DNA of 64,000 nucleotides from Candidatus Babeliales bacterium (GTDB lineage Bacteria; Babelota; Babeliae; Babelales; Vermiphilaceae): NCBI GenBank assembly GCA_020050795.1, contig JAGVKD010000004.1, positions 384 to 64,383 of the forward strand, read 5' to 3'. Shown piece by piece: positions 55,217 to 64,000 of this stretch (position 1 is its first letter; each line of letters starts with the position of its first letter). The notes under the pieces were generated by a model. It saw only the letters and a program-made list of their open reading frames with translations, ran no database searches and was not told where the DNA came from. The position numbers and the translations under genes were made by a program.

Positions 55217-56635
55217 ATGAAGTCTACAAGAAACTTGAAAAGCGTTCAAAGAGATCTTGAAACGCTCCTGGATAAACAGTCTCTACTAAAGAAAATTGTT
55301 AATGCAATTTCGCAAGCAGGAGGCAGGGCATTATTAGTTGGTGGTGCGGTGCGCGATCTTTTTTTGGGCGCCCCCACAAAAGATCTTGATATAGAAATTT
55401 ATGGCCTGAAGCCCGATGAACTCGAAGGGGTGTTGCGCTCATTTGGGCCGGTCAGTTTGGTAGGCAAACAATTTGGTGTGTTACGTTTGCACGGTTTGGA
55501 TATTGATTGGTCGTTGCCACGCAGTGATAGTGCCGGGCGCAAACCAGAAGTTTCGATTAATCCTCACATGCCATTCGAGCAAGCATTTGCACGGCGTGAT
55601 TTAACTATCAATGCAATGGGCCTCGATCTTAAAACCTTTGAACTGATCGATCCATTTAACGGCGTGCATGATTTGAAAAACGGTGTTCTGCGCGCGCCCA
55701 ATGCACATTTTTTTGATGAAGATCCACTGCGACTTTTTCGTGTGATGCAATTCATGGGCCGTTTGGGTATGGTTCCCGATGAAGAGCTCAATCGCATTTG
55801 CAAAAAAATGGATATTTCTGCAGTGTCGCGCGAGCGTATTGAATCTGAGTTTGAAAAAATGTTGCTCAAATCAGAACATCCATCGCGCGGATTGCGTTGG
55901 CTGAAAGAGATTGGTCGTCTCGATGAAATTTTGCCAGAGCTTGCTGCCACTATTGGCGTCAGGCAACCAGATCAGTATCATCCTGAAGGTGATGTGTTTG
56001 AACATTCAATGCAGGCGCTCGATGCAGCAGCACGCTTTGATTACGATGATCCGAATATAAAATTAATGGTGATGTATGCAGCGCTGTGTCACGATCTTGG
56101 CAAAGTGACCACCACACGCGAAATTGATGGCAGATTGCGCAGTTTGGAACATGCGCAAGCGGGAGTGCCGATAACAAAAACAATGCTCAGTCGCATTACG
56201 CAAAAAAAAGAATTGATCGATGGTGTGAGCAAATTAGTTCGGTATCACATGGAGCCAATGATCTTTGTGAACGGTGGTGCTACATCAGCGGCCTATAAGC
56301 GGCTTGCACACAAATTGGAACCACACACAACAATTCAGTATATTGCGGATCTTTCACTCGCTGATCGGCAGGGGCGCAATCCAAACGGATCGGAACCACT
56401 GACAGACATACCAGAAGAATTGAAAGTATTTTTGCATCATGCCGGACAAATACAGGTGAAATATGGCGCAGAAAAACCAGTGTTGCTTGGACGGGATATT
56501 GCGGACATAGTTGCGCCCGGACCGCAGATGGGAAAACTGCTTGCCCGGGCTTATGATATTCAAATCGAAGAGGGAATTACCGATAAAGAGGAATTAAAAA
56601 AGCGCATTAAGCCTTTTTTAAAAAAACCACTTTAA
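55217..56635 (+). CDS. cca: CCA-adding tRNA nucleotidyltransferase with HD domain
   Basis: LVGGAVRDLFLGAPTKDLDIEIYG, RRDLTINAM, HD region QYHPEGDVFEHS...HDLGK. Confidence 0.85.
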   Translation: MKSTRNLKSVQRDLETLLDKQSLLKKIVNAISQAGGRALLVGGAVRDLFLGAPTKDLDIEIYGLKPDELEGVLRSFGPVSLVGKQFGVLRLHGLDIDWSLPRSDSAGRKPEVSINPHMPFEQAFARRDLTINAMGLDLKTFELIDPFNGVHDLKNGVLRAPNAHFFDEDPLRLFRVMQFMGRLGMVPDEELNRICKKMDISAVSRERIESEFEKMLLKSEHPSRGLRWLKEIGRLDEILPELAATIGVRQPDQYHPEGDVFEHSMQALDAAARFDYDDPNIKLMVMYAALCHDLGKVTTTREIDGRLRSLEHAQAGVPITKTMLSRITQKKELIDGVSKLVRYHMEPMIFVNGGATSAAYKRLAHKLEPHTTIQYIADLSLADRQGRNPNGSEPLTDIPEELKVFLHHAGQIQVKYGAEKPVLLGRDIADIVAPGPQMGKLLARAYDIQIEEGITDKEELKKRIKPFLKKPL

Positions 56636-57090
56636 CCGAAATATTCTACTGCAGTGATGGATCTCAAGAACGGTTCATTTGCAATGACAACCCATTGCCT
56701 GTTCCTTTTCACACATGCGCTTAGCATCATTAAAGGGATAGGAAAGGTGTTGCCTCCCGAAAGAATGACAGAATGATTTCCGGTAGTAACAAGCTCATTT
56801 GGTGTGATGTGCCTAAGGGTACTTCTTTTCCAATTTCTAGCATGCTCCCAACCATCTACTAAGAATTGATGGCGGGCTTGCTCATCAAGAGCATGCGTTA
56901 GTTCATTTGCAACTTCGGTGGCTAACGTATCGATGGGGGTTGTTATTTGAAGAATGCCGGATGAAGGAATCAGCCCGGTTTTTCCCTTCAATCCCGCCAC
57001 AAGAACTCTTGGAGATATTTCCATCGCGAACGAAGATGCACTATAGTGCATCGCAACTAGAGTGAGCAAAATAGGTGTTATCTTTTTCAT
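56632..57090 (-). CDS. array B member 1, leader-bearing hypothetical
   Basis: MKKITPILLTLVAMHYSASSFA|MEISPR; GLIPSSGILQITTP; RQWVVIANE. Confidence 0.6.
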   Translation of the reverse strand: MKKITPILLTLVAMHYSASSFAMEISPRVLVAGLKGKTGLIPSSGILQITTPIDTLATEVANELTHALDEQARHQFLVDGWEHARNWKRSTLRHITPNELVTTGNHSVILSGGNTFPIPLMMLSACVKRNRQWVVIANEPFLRSITAVEYFG

Positions 57091-57143
57091 AGTTTTTTCC
57101 TTCTGTGTATTTGCTTTGTGATTGTGAACTAGAAAAAATCGCA

Positions 57144-57626
57144 TTAATTAAAATATTCTATGCTTTCCGATACGGGTTCTTTAGAGAGTGATTCATTTGC
57201 AATAACAATCCATTGTTTCTTTGCTTTTGCCATGTCACGAAGAATAGCAAAACGAATATCTTCATTGTTTTGTAATTGAATTTTAGGGACCTTATCACAC
57301 AGAATCACGCGACATGTGCTAGTATCGTTCAGTTCTTTTGGTGTGAGTGAAACAACGGCGCTTGCCCGCCAGTCCACTTGCGGGTCTTGTTCTTTAAGAA
57401 CACGAGTAAGTTCATCTACTGTTTCTGATGCGAACTTGAAAGAGTGATTTTTTTCTGGCGTTGTTATTCGAAGAATCCCATAAGAAGGAATCAGCCCACT
57501 CGGTCTTGTTTTTAGTGTCGCTACAAGAAGTTTTGGAGTTACTTCCACTAATGCTTTCATCGCTAATGAAGATGCACTGTATTGCATTGCGATAAGAGTG
57601 AGCATAATGAGTGTTATTTTTTTCAT
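57144..57626 (-). CDS. array B member 2, leader-bearing hypothetical
   Basis: MKKITLIMLTLIAMQYSASSLA|MKAL; GLIPSYGILRITTP; KQWIVIANE. The 5' UTR is homologous to that of member 1. Confidence 0.6.
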   Translation of the reverse strand: MKKITLIMLTLIAMQYSASSLAMKALVEVTPKLLVATLKTRPSGLIPSYGILRITTPEKNHSFKFASETVDELTRVLKEQDPQVDWRASAVVSLTPKELNDTSTCRVILCDKVPKIQLQNNEDIRFAILRDMAKAKKQWIVIANESLSKEPVSESIEYFN

Positions 57627-57718
57627 CGTTTTCCCTTCTGCGTATTTATTTTTGTGATGGTGTACTAGAAAAAATCGTTTCAATAATAAAGGGAGCTCTA
57701 TTTTTTGTCCAGATGAGA

Positions 57719-58381
57719 TTAATGAGAATAGTAAAGTTCGACTTCCCATGCGGGTGGTATGGTACTAGGCGATGGTTCATGTATAGATATCTCTTCTTTT
57801 GTCACTAAAGACGCAAGACCTTCTTTGTTGATATTGGCTTGTATGAACTGTTTATTTTTTTGCTTAAATAATGGCAATCGAGAGGAAGATTTTGTTTGTT
57901 GCACAATAAGAACTTGATTTTGAGATTCAAGAAGAGCGGCCAATGCTGCTGGATGGCTGTGTAATTTTTTATTTTCTTTTGGAACGCAATACACAATGGA
58001 ATAGGGATATACATCTCTCAATTCCTTCACAGATGCATTTTCAATAACATCGAATGTCCACTCTGGTAATTCATCTTCTTCGTTATATGAATCATCAGCT
58101 TCTGGACTGGGTGTCGGCAATGCCTCAATCTCTGCGGAACGCTTCTTGGTCAAAGCCGCGAGTAGTTCGCGTTGTAGCACGTTAGTGAGAAACTTTTCAG
58201 GAGAGGCGCTGATGGTAATAATGCCGGATGATTTTTTAGCATCGACCATGTGCTTAACAATTGTCTGAATGCCGAGTAATTGGTTTTTTTCCAGTGTTGC
58301 CAATGTATCTGCTTCCATTGGCAGTGCGAATGGCATCCATATGCATACCGCGAATAAAAAAATAATGAGGTTATTTTTCAT
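57719..58381 (-). CDS. array B member 3, leader-bearing hypothetical
   Basis: MKNNLIIFLFAVCIWMPFALP|MEAD; SSGIITISASP; NQVLIVQQ. The start overlaps the member 4 stop (ATGAAAAATAA). Confidence 0.6.
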   Translation of the reverse strand: MKNNLIIFLFAVCIWMPFALPMEADTLATLEKNQLLGIQTIVKHMVDAKKSSGIITISASPEKFLTNVLQRELLAALTKKRSAEIEALPTPSPEADDSYNEEDELPEWTFDVIENASVKELRDVYPYSIVYCVPKENKKLHSHPAALAALLESQNQVLIVQQTKSSSRLPLFKQKNKQFIQANINKEGLASLVTKEEISIHEPSPSTIPPAWEVELYYSH

Positions 58382-59054
58382 TATTTTCTTTTTCCTGTTC
58401 ATCATCAATGACCGGATCGGAAATAGACATGGTGATAAATGGAATATCATCACTTGAGTTGAATAATCGTGGCGACTCACTATCGGTAGCATTTTTTGCC
58501 CACAGTTCTTGAACAATGAGCCATTGCATATTGCCTCCCAACACTGCATGAGCGGTGATTAAAGGAAGGTGCTGAGCATCTTGTGGTAGCGCACAGAAAA
58601 GCACTGATTTTTTAGGGGCTCGTTCAAGTGATTTAAGATTTAATTTTTCGAGGTGACCACAACTCCATTTTTGTGGGTGCTCGGAATTTGTTGAATCGGA
58701 AGCTCCGTTCCTTCGACGCTCAAGCTTTTCTCTCTGAATATTTTGTTCTCGATCTTGTGCATCCAATGTTATCAATAGTTCGTGTCGGAGACTTAAAGAG
58801 AAAGGCCGTGAACATAATTTGAAGGATGTGCCCACATCTAAACGGACGACAATAATACCGTAAGAAGGCATAAATCCAAGCCGTTTCTTTAAGCCTTTTA
58901 TAATAGGCTCAAAGCTGCAACCTCCTGTGCGGCACATGCTTTCACAGATAGCGGCAGGAGTTTCAATTGTGTACTGCCCCCGTTCCATGGCAAATAATGA
59001 GGACATCCATGCGCATGCGGCAAATAACAACATAGTGCGTAGGTTATTTTTCAT
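58371..59054 (-). CDS. array B member 4, leader-bearing hypothetical
   Basis: MKNNLRTMLLFAACAWMSSLFA|MERG; GFMPSYGIIVVRL; MQWLIVQE. The start overlaps the member 5 stop (ATGAAAAATAA). Confidence 0.6.
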   Translation of the reverse strand: MKNNLRTMLLFAACAWMSSLFAMERGQYTIETPAAICESMCRTGGCSFEPIIKGLKKRLGFMPSYGIIVVRLDVGTSFKLCSRPFSLSLRHELLITLDAQDREQNIQREKLERRRNGASDSTNSEHPQKWSCGHLEKLNLKSLERAPKKSVLFCALPQDAQHLPLITAHAVLGGNMQWLIVQELWAKNATDSESPRLFNSSDDIPFITMSISDPVIDDEQEKENNEK

Positions 59055-59742
59055 GGAGATCTCTAGGGCCACCAAGATGCACATAGTTATCCTCATGCTT
59101 ACTAATACACATGGTAACAAATGACTTATCTTCAGACGAAGTAAATAATTCTGGTCGAGAAGCGTGTTTTTTTGGTGCCAATTGCTGAACGATAAGCCAT
59201 TGTTTATTCTTCGCGAGCATTGCTTTTGCCACAACTAAGGGAAGGTATTGGGCATCTCGTGGCAGCGCACACAGAAGCACCGATTTCTTAGGAGCTTGTG
59301 CAAGCGACTTGTGATCCAGCGCTTCAATGAAATCATATTCCCATGGTTTAGGATCATGGGCGTCTCGTCTTGCCTCGAAGGGAGTGCTGAGAAATCGTTC
59401 TACTTCCGTTTTACTTTCATAAGCCAATGTATTGAAAAGTTTTTCTTGAATGGCGGATGATAAAGAGACGCGGCTACCACCATTTAGAGGTGCATGTATT
59501 ACGATGAGACCATGATGAGGGAGTGGTGAAAGATTTCCCTGAGAAGTTCCTCTTAAGTCTCGAATGATAGTCGCAGTGAATTCTTCCAAATGCTCTTTTC
59601 TAGATCCGGTTAGAGAAAGCATATCTGCATCCTTAACCATATTTTCATAATCGCGTTCGGGAGTAGAAATCCTCATAGCGAGAGCTGATGGCATTATTGC
59701 GCATGCAGTCAACAGGAAAAAAATGTGTATTTTATTGTTCAT
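59044..59742 (-). CDS. array B member 5, leader-bearing hypothetical
   Basis: MNNKIHIFFLLTACAIMPSALA|MRIS; HHGLIVIHAP; KQWLIVQQ. SVLLCALPRDAQYLPLV is shared with member 4. Confidence 0.6.
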   Translation of the reverse strand: MNNKIHIFFLLTACAIMPSALAMRISTPERDYENMVKDADMLSLTGSRKEHLEEFTATIIRDLRGTSQGNLSPLPHHGLIVIHAPLNGGSRVSLSSAIQEKLFNTLAYESKTEVERFLSTPFEARRDAHDPKPWEYDFIEALDHKSLAQAPKKSVLLCALPRDAQYLPLVVAKAMLAKNKQWLIVQQLAPKKHASRPELFTSSEDKSFVTMCISKHEDNYVHLGGPRDLHEK

Positions 59743-59884
59743 TGTGAAGTATCCCTGTAGGGGGTTAAAATGTTGCACCGAATGATAATAAAGTTATATT
59801 TTTTTGTCCAGTCCGATATCTTTTCACAAAAAACCCTATTTTGGTAAACTATTTCGCACACATGAAAAACAAAAGGATGCATTT

Positions 59885-60544
59885 ATGTTAGTTGGGAATT
59901 CTTTATGGTATCTCGTACGGCAATCAGACACGATGAGCAAGCTTGTGCTGCTCTCACTTTTATTTCTCTCAATTGTCTGCTGGACGATCTTTATTTGTAA
60001 ACTCATTTTATTTCACGTTAAGAAAAATCAGATCAATGCGGTGATGCAGCAAGTCAAAAAAGCGAACAACATTGAACAGCTACTCGCCATTGCAACCATG
60101 CATGAAGGAACGGTGCCTGGTTATTTTCTATCAAAAACAGTTATTTTTTCACAATCGCTCAGAAGAATTGGTGGCTCACAACAAGCGACCATGTTGCAAA
60201 ATAATATTGATCAAACGGTAGACTCATTATTGATGCATGAAGAATCATATCTTCCAGTGTTGCAAACGAGTGCTGCAGTTTCACCGCTTCTTGGATTATT
60301 CGGTACGGTGTGGGGATTGGTGCATTCATTTTTGAGCATTAGTGAAAAACAAAGTGCTGATATCACCACTGTGGCGCCCGGTCTTGCAGAAGCATTGATC
60401 ACCACACTCGCGGGTTTGATGGTCGCGATTCCTGCGCTGGTTATGTATAACATACTGAATACTCAGCTGCGCAAAATGGAACATGATTTATTAAAACTTG
60501 CTGATCATGTTTCGGTAGTTATACAAAATGTGTTGGGTGTTTAA
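59885..60544 (+). CDS. tolQ: MotA/TolQ/ExbB proton-channel protein
   Basis: Three TM segments with the signature SPLLGLFGTVWGLVHSF...TVAPGLAEALITTLAGL. First gene of the tolQRAB cluster. Confidence 0.8.
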   Translation: MLVGNSLWYLVRQSDTMSKLVLLSLLFLSIVCWTIFICKLILFHVKKNQINAVMQQVKKANNIEQLLAIATMHEGTVPGYFLSKTVIFSQSLRRIGGSQQATMLQNNIDQTVDSLLMHEESYLPVLQTSAAVSPLLGLFGTVWGLVHSFLSISEKQSADITTVAPGLAEALITTLAGLMVAIPALVMYNILNTQLRKMEHDLLKLADHVSVVIQNVLGV

Positions 60545-60555
60545 GGGGGAAGTTC

Positions 60556-60972
60556 ATGCGCAGAAGCAGACGACGTTCCGGGCGGAGCAGTCAATTAACT
60601 GATGTTTCGATGACGCCATTGATCGATACAGCGCTCACGCTCTTGGTTATTTTTATGATCACCACACCGATGATTCAAAATGCGATCAAGGTTAATTTGC
60701 CGCGCGGGCAGGCAAAAGAGGATACCGGATCGAGGCAAGAATTAATTGTCTTTATCGATGATAAAAATAATTTTTATTTTAATGGTGCAAAAATAGCAGA
60801 AAAAAAATTGATTGATGAGATCAAAAAAGAAGTTGGTGCGCAAAAAGAACGTACGGTTTATGTGAAAGCGGATAAGGCAGTGTCATATGGGCGCGTGCTT
60901 GAACTAGTTGATGACATCAAGGTAATTGGGGGCGTTCAGTATGTGGCTTTGGCAACATCCAAGCGTACGTAA
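60556..60972 (+). CDS. tolR: ExbD/TolR biopolymer transport protein
   Basis: MTPLIDTALTLLVIFMITTP...; V.V.AD..V.YG.V..V.D periplasmic domain. Confidence 0.8.
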   Translation: MRRSRRRSGRSSQLTDVSMTPLIDTALTLLVIFMITTPMIQNAIKVNLPRGQAKEDTGSRQELIVFIDDKNNFYFNGAKIAEKKLIDEIKKEVGAQKERTVYVKADKAVSYGRVLELVDDIKVIGGVQYVALATSKRT

Positions 60973-61771
60973 GCGACATACATTTTTCCTCAAGCTGGGT
61001 ATTGGTGTTGCGCTTATTCATATTCTTTTATTGTATCTCCTTTTTTTTAGCTACAACCATGGCAGCCGTGACGTGACATTGATTGTCCGGCAAAATGCGC
61101 CTGGTAGTCCGGTCAAATTTGTTTCTATGGTAGATAAACGAACAGGCAGAAAAAAACCGGCGCCAAAAGCAACTGCATCAAAAAGTGGCAAGAATAAAAA
61201 GGGTGCGCAAGCTGCTGCAAAAAAAACAGCAAAGCCAGCGCAAAAAACGAAAGCACAAACATCGTTAAAAAACACGACAGTAAAAAAAGAGACTTCAAAA
61301 GCAAAATCAGCGCAGAAAAAAAAGCCGGCAGCACAATCAAAAAAGCCAGCAAAAGCAGCTGAAGAAAAGTTGCCGGAGAAAAAAGAAGAACCAAAAGTTG
61401 TTGAAAAAAAAGTGGTGCCAGATGCAGAGCCGGAAGTGAAAGCGCCAGAAAAAGTGACAACGCCTGAGCAAGAAGAGGTGGCTGAAGAATTTGTTGTAGC
61501 CTTCGGTGCATGGGGCACGATCGAGCAGGAAGAGGTTGCAGAATTATATAAAGAGTTATCAGAAAATTGGCGTCCACCGGATGGCATCGCGGATGATTGT
61601 GAGTGCACTATGAAGCTGCATGTCGGGTGGGATCAAAACCTACTCGAGTTGGAAACAATCAAGCCATCAGGCGTTTTGATGTATGATGTGTCGGTCCGTT
61701 CAGCGCTACAAAAAATTGTATTGCCGCTTTGGACTCGTGGGAAAAATATAACGATTACTTTTAGACAGTAG
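60941..61771 (+). CDS. tolA: TolA/TonB-type energy-transducer protein
   Basis: N-terminal TM, long K/A/P/E-rich linker, C-terminal globular domain. Position between tolR and tolB. Confidence 0.6.
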   Translation: MWLWQHPSVRKRHTFFLKLGIGVALIHILLLYLLFFSYNHGSRDVTLIVRQNAPGSPVKFVSMVDKRTGRKKPAPKATASKSGKNKKGAQAAAKKTAKPAQKTKAQTSLKNTTVKKETSKAKSAQKKKPAAQSKKPAKAAEEKLPEKKEEPKVVEKKVVPDAEPEVKAPEKVTTPEQEEVAEEFVVAFGAWGTIEQEEVAELYKELSENWRPPDGIADDCECTMKLHVGWDQNLLELETIKPSGVLMYDVSVRSALQKIVLPLWTRGKNITITFRQ

Positions 61772-61798
61772 TCGGTTCTTATCTAAATTGGATCATCT

Positions 61799-63082
61799 AT
61801 GAAAAAAATATTTTTTGTATTCCTTTCTTTATTTCCATCGCTTGTGCAGGCAGATGATTTGTGTGTTGGTGCCACGCATCATGAACGGTTGCCGGTATGT
61901 CTCGGCATTGTGGGCAAAAAGAACAAAGAGCTCAAACAGGTGGCAGAGCGCATTAAGGATGATTTAGAATTCAGTGGCCAGTTCACCGTTGATGTTCGCA
62001 CGTGTGGTAAAAAAGCATCGATAGATGAAGTTGCCAAAATCAAGCAGGCTGGCTATCCATTGCTGATTCTTTTAAATACGAATTATAAGCGAGATGGTTT
62101 TGAATGGCGGCTCTATGACACAACACAAGCGAATATGCTTGAGGGTAAAAGTTACACCAAAAAAGGTTCTTTATGGCGCGGATGGGCGCACAATATTGCC
62201 GATGCAATCTGGCCAGTGCTCACCGGAGAGAAAACATTTTTCTCAAGCAAACTTGCCTACTGCAAAGAGACGCATGCAAAAAATGGCAAGCGCCTGACGC
62301 ACGTGTGTGTTGCTGATTTTGATGGATCGAATGAAGAGGTTTTGATCGACACGCCAACGGTGAATGTGGCACCACGATGGAATGCGGATACTAAAAATCC
62401 ATTGCTCTTCTATTCAGAATATACCAATTCGAATGTGCGCTTGATGGCTGCAGATATGCATGGGCATCGCAAAATAACATCAAATTTTGAAGGTGTTAAT
62501 ATGTTGCCTGCATTTTCTCACGATGGCACACAAGTGATTTATTGCGCATCGCGTGGCAATGGCAGCTGTCATCTCTATCATTATACAAAAGGGTCATTCA
62601 AAAAATTGACCAATAATGATGGAAATAATATTGCGCCATGTCTGGCAGAAGATGGCAAAACGCTCTTTTTTTGCTCAGATTATGAAACAGGACGTCCGCA
62701 AATTTATTCGCTTGATATGCCAACAGGGGCGACAAAGCGGCTGACTCAAGGCGGTTATTGCGCTTCGCCAAGCTACTGCAAAAAAAGAAATCAACTTGCC
62801 TATGGCAAAATTGTGGGTGGGCAGATGCAACTATTCCTCTATGATTTTGCAACTAATAATCATAAGCAGTTGACCCAAGATGCGGGCAATAAGGAAGAAT
62901 GTTCATGGTCTCCGTGCGGCAATTATTTGGCATATTCGACTGAAAAGGGAGACATGGGACGGATTGCAATTCTGAACTTGCTGACCAATAAAGTGAACTA
63001 TCTGACTGATGAATCGGCTTCTCGCAGTTACCCGATCTGGTCACCACTCTATCAACAGTATCCTGCGGTGACTATTAGTTAG
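61799..63082 (+). CDS. tolB: Tol-Pal system beta-propeller protein TolB
   Basis: Signal peptide. N-domain DDLEFSGQF and ADFDGSN. Repeated propeller blades: PRWNAD...LLFYS, PAFSHDGTQVIY, PCLAEDGKTLFF, WSPCGNYLAY. Confidence 0.8.
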   Translation: MKKIFFVFLSLFPSLVQADDLCVGATHHERLPVCLGIVGKKNKELKQVAERIKDDLEFSGQFTVDVRTCGKKASIDEVAKIKQAGYPLLILLNTNYKRDGFEWRLYDTTQANMLEGKSYTKKGSLWRGWAHNIADAIWPVLTGEKTFFSSKLAYCKETHAKNGKRLTHVCVADFDGSNEEVLIDTPTVNVAPRWNADTKNPLLFYSEYTNSNVRLMAADMHGHRKITSNFEGVNMLPAFSHDGTQVIYCASRGNGSCHLYHYTKGSFKKLTNNDGNNIAPCLAEDGKTLFFCSDYETGRPQIYSLDMPTGATKRLTQGGYCASPSYCKKRNQLAYGKIVGGQMQLFLYDFATNNHKQLTQDAGNKEECSWSPCGNYLAYSTEKGDMGRIAILNLLTNKVNYLTDESASRSYPIWSPLYQQYPAVTIS

Positions 63083-63196
63083 AATCGACATTTTTATTGG
63101 TTTTCTGTATACTTTTTGCGGGTGGCTTTTACGAAAGTCACTTATTGTTATAAAGTGTACAATTTCAACTTTTATTAGTATTTACGAATAATCTGT

Positions 63197-64000
63197 ATGA
63201 AAAAAAGAAAAACTCCTAATCCATTTTTTGGCAATAGCGCCAAAAGTCTCCTTATAGTTATCATTTTTGTTATCGGCTCATTCTTCATCCTCAACCGTTT
63301 GGTTGAACGAAGTCGCAGCATTGAAACGATTCCCTATTCCACCTTCTTGGATAAGGTTGAGCAGGGTCAGGTGCGGGATGTCTATTTTAATGGACAAGAT
63401 GCCGGTGGTAGCCTCAAAACTGGTCAACTCTTTGAGACAGTAGTGCCCCATGAGCGGGACAAAGATTTTGATATGTTACGTCACAACGGCGTCAAAATCG
63501 TTTTGGCAAACCCAACGAATCAATTTAGTTTCTGGTACTTGTTGCCGATCCTATCATTGCTCATGACGGGCGCCTTTGTTTGGTATTACATGCGCCAATC
63601 ACGCAACTCTAATGGCGGTGGCGGACCGAACTTTTTCTCGATGGGCAAAAGCAGAGCAAAACTCTTTATGCCATCGACTATCAAAGATACATTCGCATCA
63701 TTTGCTGGTGCGCAAGAAGCCAAAGAAGAATTAGAAGACTTGGTAGATTTCTTGAGAAATCCGGAAAAATATAAACGACTCGGTGCGAAAATAACGCGTG
63801 GCGTGTTGCTCGTTGGTGCCCCAGGTAACGGTAAAACGTTGCTTGCGCGTGCAGTAGCTGGCGAAGCAAACTGTCCATTCTTCAGCATCAGCGGTTCAGA
63901 CTTCGTGGAAGTGTTTGTGGGTGTGGGCGCATCACGGGTTCGTGATCTGTTCGTCCAGGCACGCAAACATGCGCCATGCATCGTGTTTATCGATGAGATC
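63197..64000 (+). CDS. ftsH: ATP-dependent zinc metalloprotease FtsH, 5' part (runs off right edge)
   Basis: ATG 63197, two TM segments, [24 protein letters not shown], Walker [49 protein letters not shown]. No stop before the window end, so absent from the ORF track. Confidence 0.9.
   Translation, partial: MKKRKTPNPFFGNSAKSLLIVIIFVIGSFFILNRLVERSRSIETIPYSTFLDKVEQGQVRDVYFNGQDAGGSLKTGQLFETVVPHERDKDFDMLRHNGVKIVLANPTNQFSFWYLLPILSLLMTGAFVWYYMRQSRNSNGGGGPNFFSMGKSRAKLFMPSTIKDTFASFAGAQEAKEELEDLVDFLRNPEKYKRLGAKITRGVLLVGAPGNGKTLLARAVAGEANCPFFSISGSDFVEVFVGVGASRVRDLFVQARKHAPCIVFIDEI

Noticed and set aside
42165-59778. Long N-terminal extensions of many array ORFs in the six-frame track (for example 45001, 46312, 47024, 47301, 48348, 57144, 57749, 58549, 59234)
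   Set aside because: The extensions overlap the preceding gene or a terminator and are not conserved. In every case an internal ATG aligns with the family leader (MKK.. or M.YK..), often with an AGGA/GAGG box upstream.
1-64000. CRISPR arrays, transposases, integrases, phage genes, toxin-antitoxin or restriction-modification modules
   Set aside because: I scanned ORF translations and repeats. I saw no regularly spaced direct repeats, no DDE/HUH/tyrosine-recombinase motifs and no recognisable defence-gene motifs.

Overview
This is a 64-kb stretch of a compact, moderately AT-rich bacterial chromosome, almost fully coding, with no rRNA, CRISPR array, transposase or integrase that I can see.

**Housekeeping genes recognised from motifs:** tilS, formamidase, gyrB, tadA, a DksA/TraR zinc-finger protein, rpsI, glmS, an S41 C-terminal processing peptidase, FtsB/DivIC-like, Fe/Mn SOD, lysS, recJ, cmk, lon (frameshifted), rpsB, tRNA-Ser(GGA), SRP RNA (ffs), dnaX, der, hpf, dsbD, lnt, cca, tolQ-tolR-tolA-tolB and the 5' part of ftsH.

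**Likely lifestyle:** two tandem ATP/ADP-translocase (Tlc/NTT) genes point to an energy-parasitic, obligately intracellular organism, comparable to Dependentiae/TM6, Chlamydiae or Rickettsiales. This is inference, and I cannot assign the taxon.

**Accessory content, the most interesting part:**
- A 13-gene head-to-tail array (42.2-50.5 kb) of small leader-bearing paralogs. It has three interleaved leader classes and a recurrent SPRT-x-x-L motif.
- A second 5-gene array (56.6-59.7 kb), in which two junctions are coupled by identical 11-nt ATGAAAAATAA start/stop overlaps.
- Seven more scattered small leader-bearing ORFs.
- In about 26 of these proteins the residue right after the predicted leader cleavage site is Met. 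The leaders are conserved at nucleotide level on diverged mature parts, so they behave like leader cassettes.

**Eukaryote-like genes:**
- An ankyrin plus C3HC4 RING protein with a signal peptide.
- Two 649-aa cPLA2-type (GGGxR / GxSGG / DxG) phospholipases flanking lysS.
- A possible ubiquitin-like small secreted protein.

**Other notable items:**
- lysS carries an N-terminal B3/B4 (PheRS-editing-like) domain fusion.
- Two adjacent large proteins are built from four homologous modules, each ending in a bilobed hydrophobic segment.
- lon is split by a 1-nt frameshift in an A6 run.
- Two noncoding stretches are unassigned and look structured.

All functional calls rest on motif recognition by eye; no database search was run.
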